Source of the DNA: Massalongia carnosa
Taxonomy: Eukaryota
Direction: 5' to 3'
Length of the DNA stretch: 64,000 nucleotides
NCBI GenBank assembly: GCA_965645245.1
Contig: OZ287070.1
Location: 2,728,001-2,792,000, forward strand
This document shows positions 61,413 to 64,000 of this stretch, in pieces (position 1 is the stretch's first letter; each line of letters opens with the position of its first letter). The position numbers and the translations under genes were made by a program. The notes below the pieces were generated by a model. The model searched no databases. It worked only from the letters and a program-made list of their open reading frames with translations, and was not told the origin of the DNA.

Positions 61413-61892
61413 TAGATCATCCGAGACAGCGAAACGAGGTGCAAGGAGGTGCCTGTTAAAATCTTTGTTAGCGTTCGTTTAGTAAGAGGCAAAGAAGAAG
61501 CCGGGCGCCCGATAGTAGTGCTTAGCCATCTCACACACTGCCGACTGTTTCATATGTGTCGATTTTTGTCGGATTTTTGTAGGAGATTATTCGCGACGGT
61601 AATTGTTTGCGACGGTAAGGAGGCTTGTGTTAGGGTAGGTAAAGTAAGACAAGCAAACACATGTAAAGGGGCGCCCTGCGGCCGGGCTCATAAACTATCA
61701 AAAGGCAGTATATTAGATAGAGGATAGAACGCTTGCTTTTGTTCTATATAGTGGGAATAGCTAGATTTATAGACAATATACGGTATCCTGGTATTAGACT
61801 AGCGATACGTCTAGCCATTAGCGTGCGCCATACTCGTGCGGTAGAAGGTCAGTGCGGCTGAAATGAAGTATCCTGATTTGCACATTCTAACA
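61413..61892 (-). mobile_element. 5' fragment (LTR 61696-61892, PBS, leader) of a second Copia C-family copy
   Basis: Near-identical reverse complement of 7526-8000; PBS variant GTTTATGAGCCC. Confidence 0.93.
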
Positions 61893-61937
61893 GCGCTAGC
61901 CAGTCAAGCGACGCGCGCTATTGCTTAGGCGAGTCAC
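61893..61937. repeat. Fragment of a Gypsy A-family LTR
   Basis: Matches 6014-6058 with one mismatch. Confidence 0.88.
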
Positions 61938-61940
61938 ACT

Positions 61941-63700
61941 TAGGGCTAGGAAAAATACGTCAGTTGGGCCAACTGACACGTATTATACGTCACGTGCAGA
62001 CTTGGACCCTGTCTTTTTGGTATAATATTACTTAAGCATGTCAAATTTATCTTTCTCATAGATCAATACCTGAAATTACTAGACATTTCTACCTAATTTG
62101 AGGTACCTTCCTATTATCTCTATACATACATTGATCATGTCTCGACAATCTGGACATTCTGGCGGTCGACCGAAAAATGCATTGGTAGATGAGAATTTCG
62201 TTGATGTCATCATTGAAGGAATGAAATACCCTCAGCATCGTTGTACGCATTGCGGATATCAGTCTGCCAAAGTTGCTACCAGGGGTCAGCAGCATTTGCA
62301 GACATGCAATGCCTTTCAAGAAGTGCAAGAAAGAAGACAGCAAGAGACGTCTTCTAGGAGCAGCCAATCTTTGATTCAATTGCCCACCACCCCTTTGATT
62401 CGTCCCTTAAATCAAGCCCAAGTTGCGCATGCTCATCGCGCTGCTGCAATGTCCGTCTTTATGACCAATCTTCCGTTTAACCACTTCGAAAATCCCTATG
62501 TGATTGCTCATCATCAAGCACTGCATCCTGGATATAAACCTCCACATCATAAGCTCGTTGGCGGGAAATTATTGGACGACGCCTATGAGCCGGTTAAACT
62601 GAAAGTAAATCAGCAGTTAGATGCCTGCAGTTATCTCAACTTCTTTACCGACGAAACGGCCAACATTAAGAAGGAACGAGTTATTAATCTCTGTTGTCAT
62701 GTCCCTTCATCAGCTACCTCTCGAGGGGGGGGCTTTCATTTAAAAGCAATGGCCGGCATCGCTGAGACGATGACTGCAGCTGTTCAAGCTGAGTGGATGA
62801 TAAAAGGCTGTAGAGAAGCGACCAATAATCAGCTCTGGAGAGTCAATTGTATAGGAACAGATACTTGCTCTACTATGAAGGCCATGTGGTCTGAAATTCG
62901 AAAGTTTCCTGAGATGAGACACGTCTTTTTCGTTCCTTGCGACAGTCACGGTTTACAGCTTCTTTTGGGAGACATTTTGAAGCTTCCTTTTTTTGCAGCA
63001 TTGATCAGGGCAGAAGTCATCCTTTAGGAACATTCGTCAACGACTTCTCGTTTTGGAAAAAGCTGGCCATCGTACAGAAAATTCTTAATCCCATACATAA
63101 AGCACAATACATGTCCGAGGCAGAGGGGCATAAACTGTACGCGGTGACTGCCAATTGGAACAGGCTTCGATCTCACCTATATACAATGGCCAAAGAGGAT
63201 GAAGATTCTGAGATGGATTTGCATCACATTGCAGAGATAGTTTGGGAAGATCGATATCTCAGTCAAATAACTGAACTTCATGTGGTAGCAGCTCTGTTGG
63301 TTCCTCAGAATCATAACATTCAGGTGATTGGAGTATCCACGTCGCAGGCATTTTTCTCTATCATGCATAGATTCTTTGCTGAATATCTGAACGTTGAAGA
63401 AGCAAAGTCGGCAATGAAGCAATGGCTTTCTTTTCGAAATCAAGAAGACGGTTTTTATCCTGCCTCCGAATGCTGGACATATCAAACGGATTCGGAGCTG
63501 TTTTGGAACTTTTCCAGAAGCTTTGCTTTTGATCTCAGCAACATAGCTAGAAAGGTAATAATGCTGCCTGCTAATTCGGTGCTGGCAGAAAGAAATTGGT
63601 CGGTCATGAATTTGATCATGACCAAAAGTCGGAACTCTCTACATTCCATCAATGTCGATAAACTCATGTTTATTTACATGAATGAGCGTACTCTTAATTA
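61941..63700 (+). mobile_element. hAT transposon with internal deletion (transposase from ATG 62137)
   Basis: TAGGGCTAGG TIR-like start, BED-like CTHC..HLQTC, FTDET, GTDT, CDSH, dimerisation motif NSVLAERNWS..RNSL..KLMFIYMN; break near 63020. Confidence 0.88.
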
Positions 63701-63710
63701 CGCCGCGGAA

Positions 63711-63835
63711 TGGGTTGGGTTGGGTTGGGTTCTCACGTAAAGAACCCAACCCAATGATAGGTTGGGTTCGGGTTGGGTTATTGTTGGGTTGGGTTGGGTT
63801 CGGGTTGGGTTTTCATTGGGTTACCCAAATCACAT
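63711..63835. repeat. (GGGTT)n cluster, probably subterminal repeats of a DNA-transposon end
   Basis: More than ten GGGTT units with an inverted AACCCAACCC block, ending TTGGGTTACCCAAATCAC. Confidence 0.6.
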
Positions 63836-64000
63836 GCTTAGTAATGGTAATCAATAACCTTGACTTATCAACGTGGCGATCGGCGTTAGTATCTTATGTA
63901 TTCTCAACTATACCATCTACTTACCACCAGGCATACTCTTCCTGGTAGTTGTTTTTCTTATCGCACCAGTTCTGGCACCTGGTCCGGGTATTCTGTCCAT

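Noticed and set aside
63711..63835. Telomere
   Set aside because: Unit is GGGTT rather than TTAGGG, with mixed orientation and internal position
200..63948. Numerous short ORFs antisense to or overlapping TE genes in the ORF track
   Set aside because: Shadow frames of transposon coding sequence with no independent motifs

Overview
Fungal (filamentous ascomycete-type) transposon-dense region, almost entirely nested transposable elements; spliceosomal introns and fungal TE families support this assignment. No intact host gene is evident. LTR elements: two Ty3/Gypsy, three Ty1/Copia (one intact with identical LTRs, one GalEa-like), an 891-bp TRIM, two solo LTRs and several LTR fragments. Other retroelements: an apparently intact tyrosine-recombinase (Ngaro/DIRS-type) retrotransposon and a 5'-truncated Tad1-like LINE. 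DNA transposons: many Tc1, pogo/Fot1/Tigger, MULE and hAT copies. A small host-like island at 20.2-23.8 kb holds a folylpolyglutamate-synthase-like last exon and a decayed TPR-like gene. Most notable: (i) a six-unit non-coding hairpin array with compensatory base changes in a Copia leader; (ii) the YR retroelement has fold-back structures at both ends instead of the usual terminal repeats; (iii) a UUUAAAC/pseudoknot -1 frameshift placed after the protease, plus an extra ORF in the env position, in one Gypsy; (iv) an in-frame signal-anchor-like extension on the intact Copia polyprotein; (v) four different reverse-transcription priming signals; (vi) several large elements whose two flanks do not match, implying ectopic recombination or mis-assembly. 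Coordinates were counted by hand and may be off by 1-2 nt; family names come from motif recognition, not database searches.
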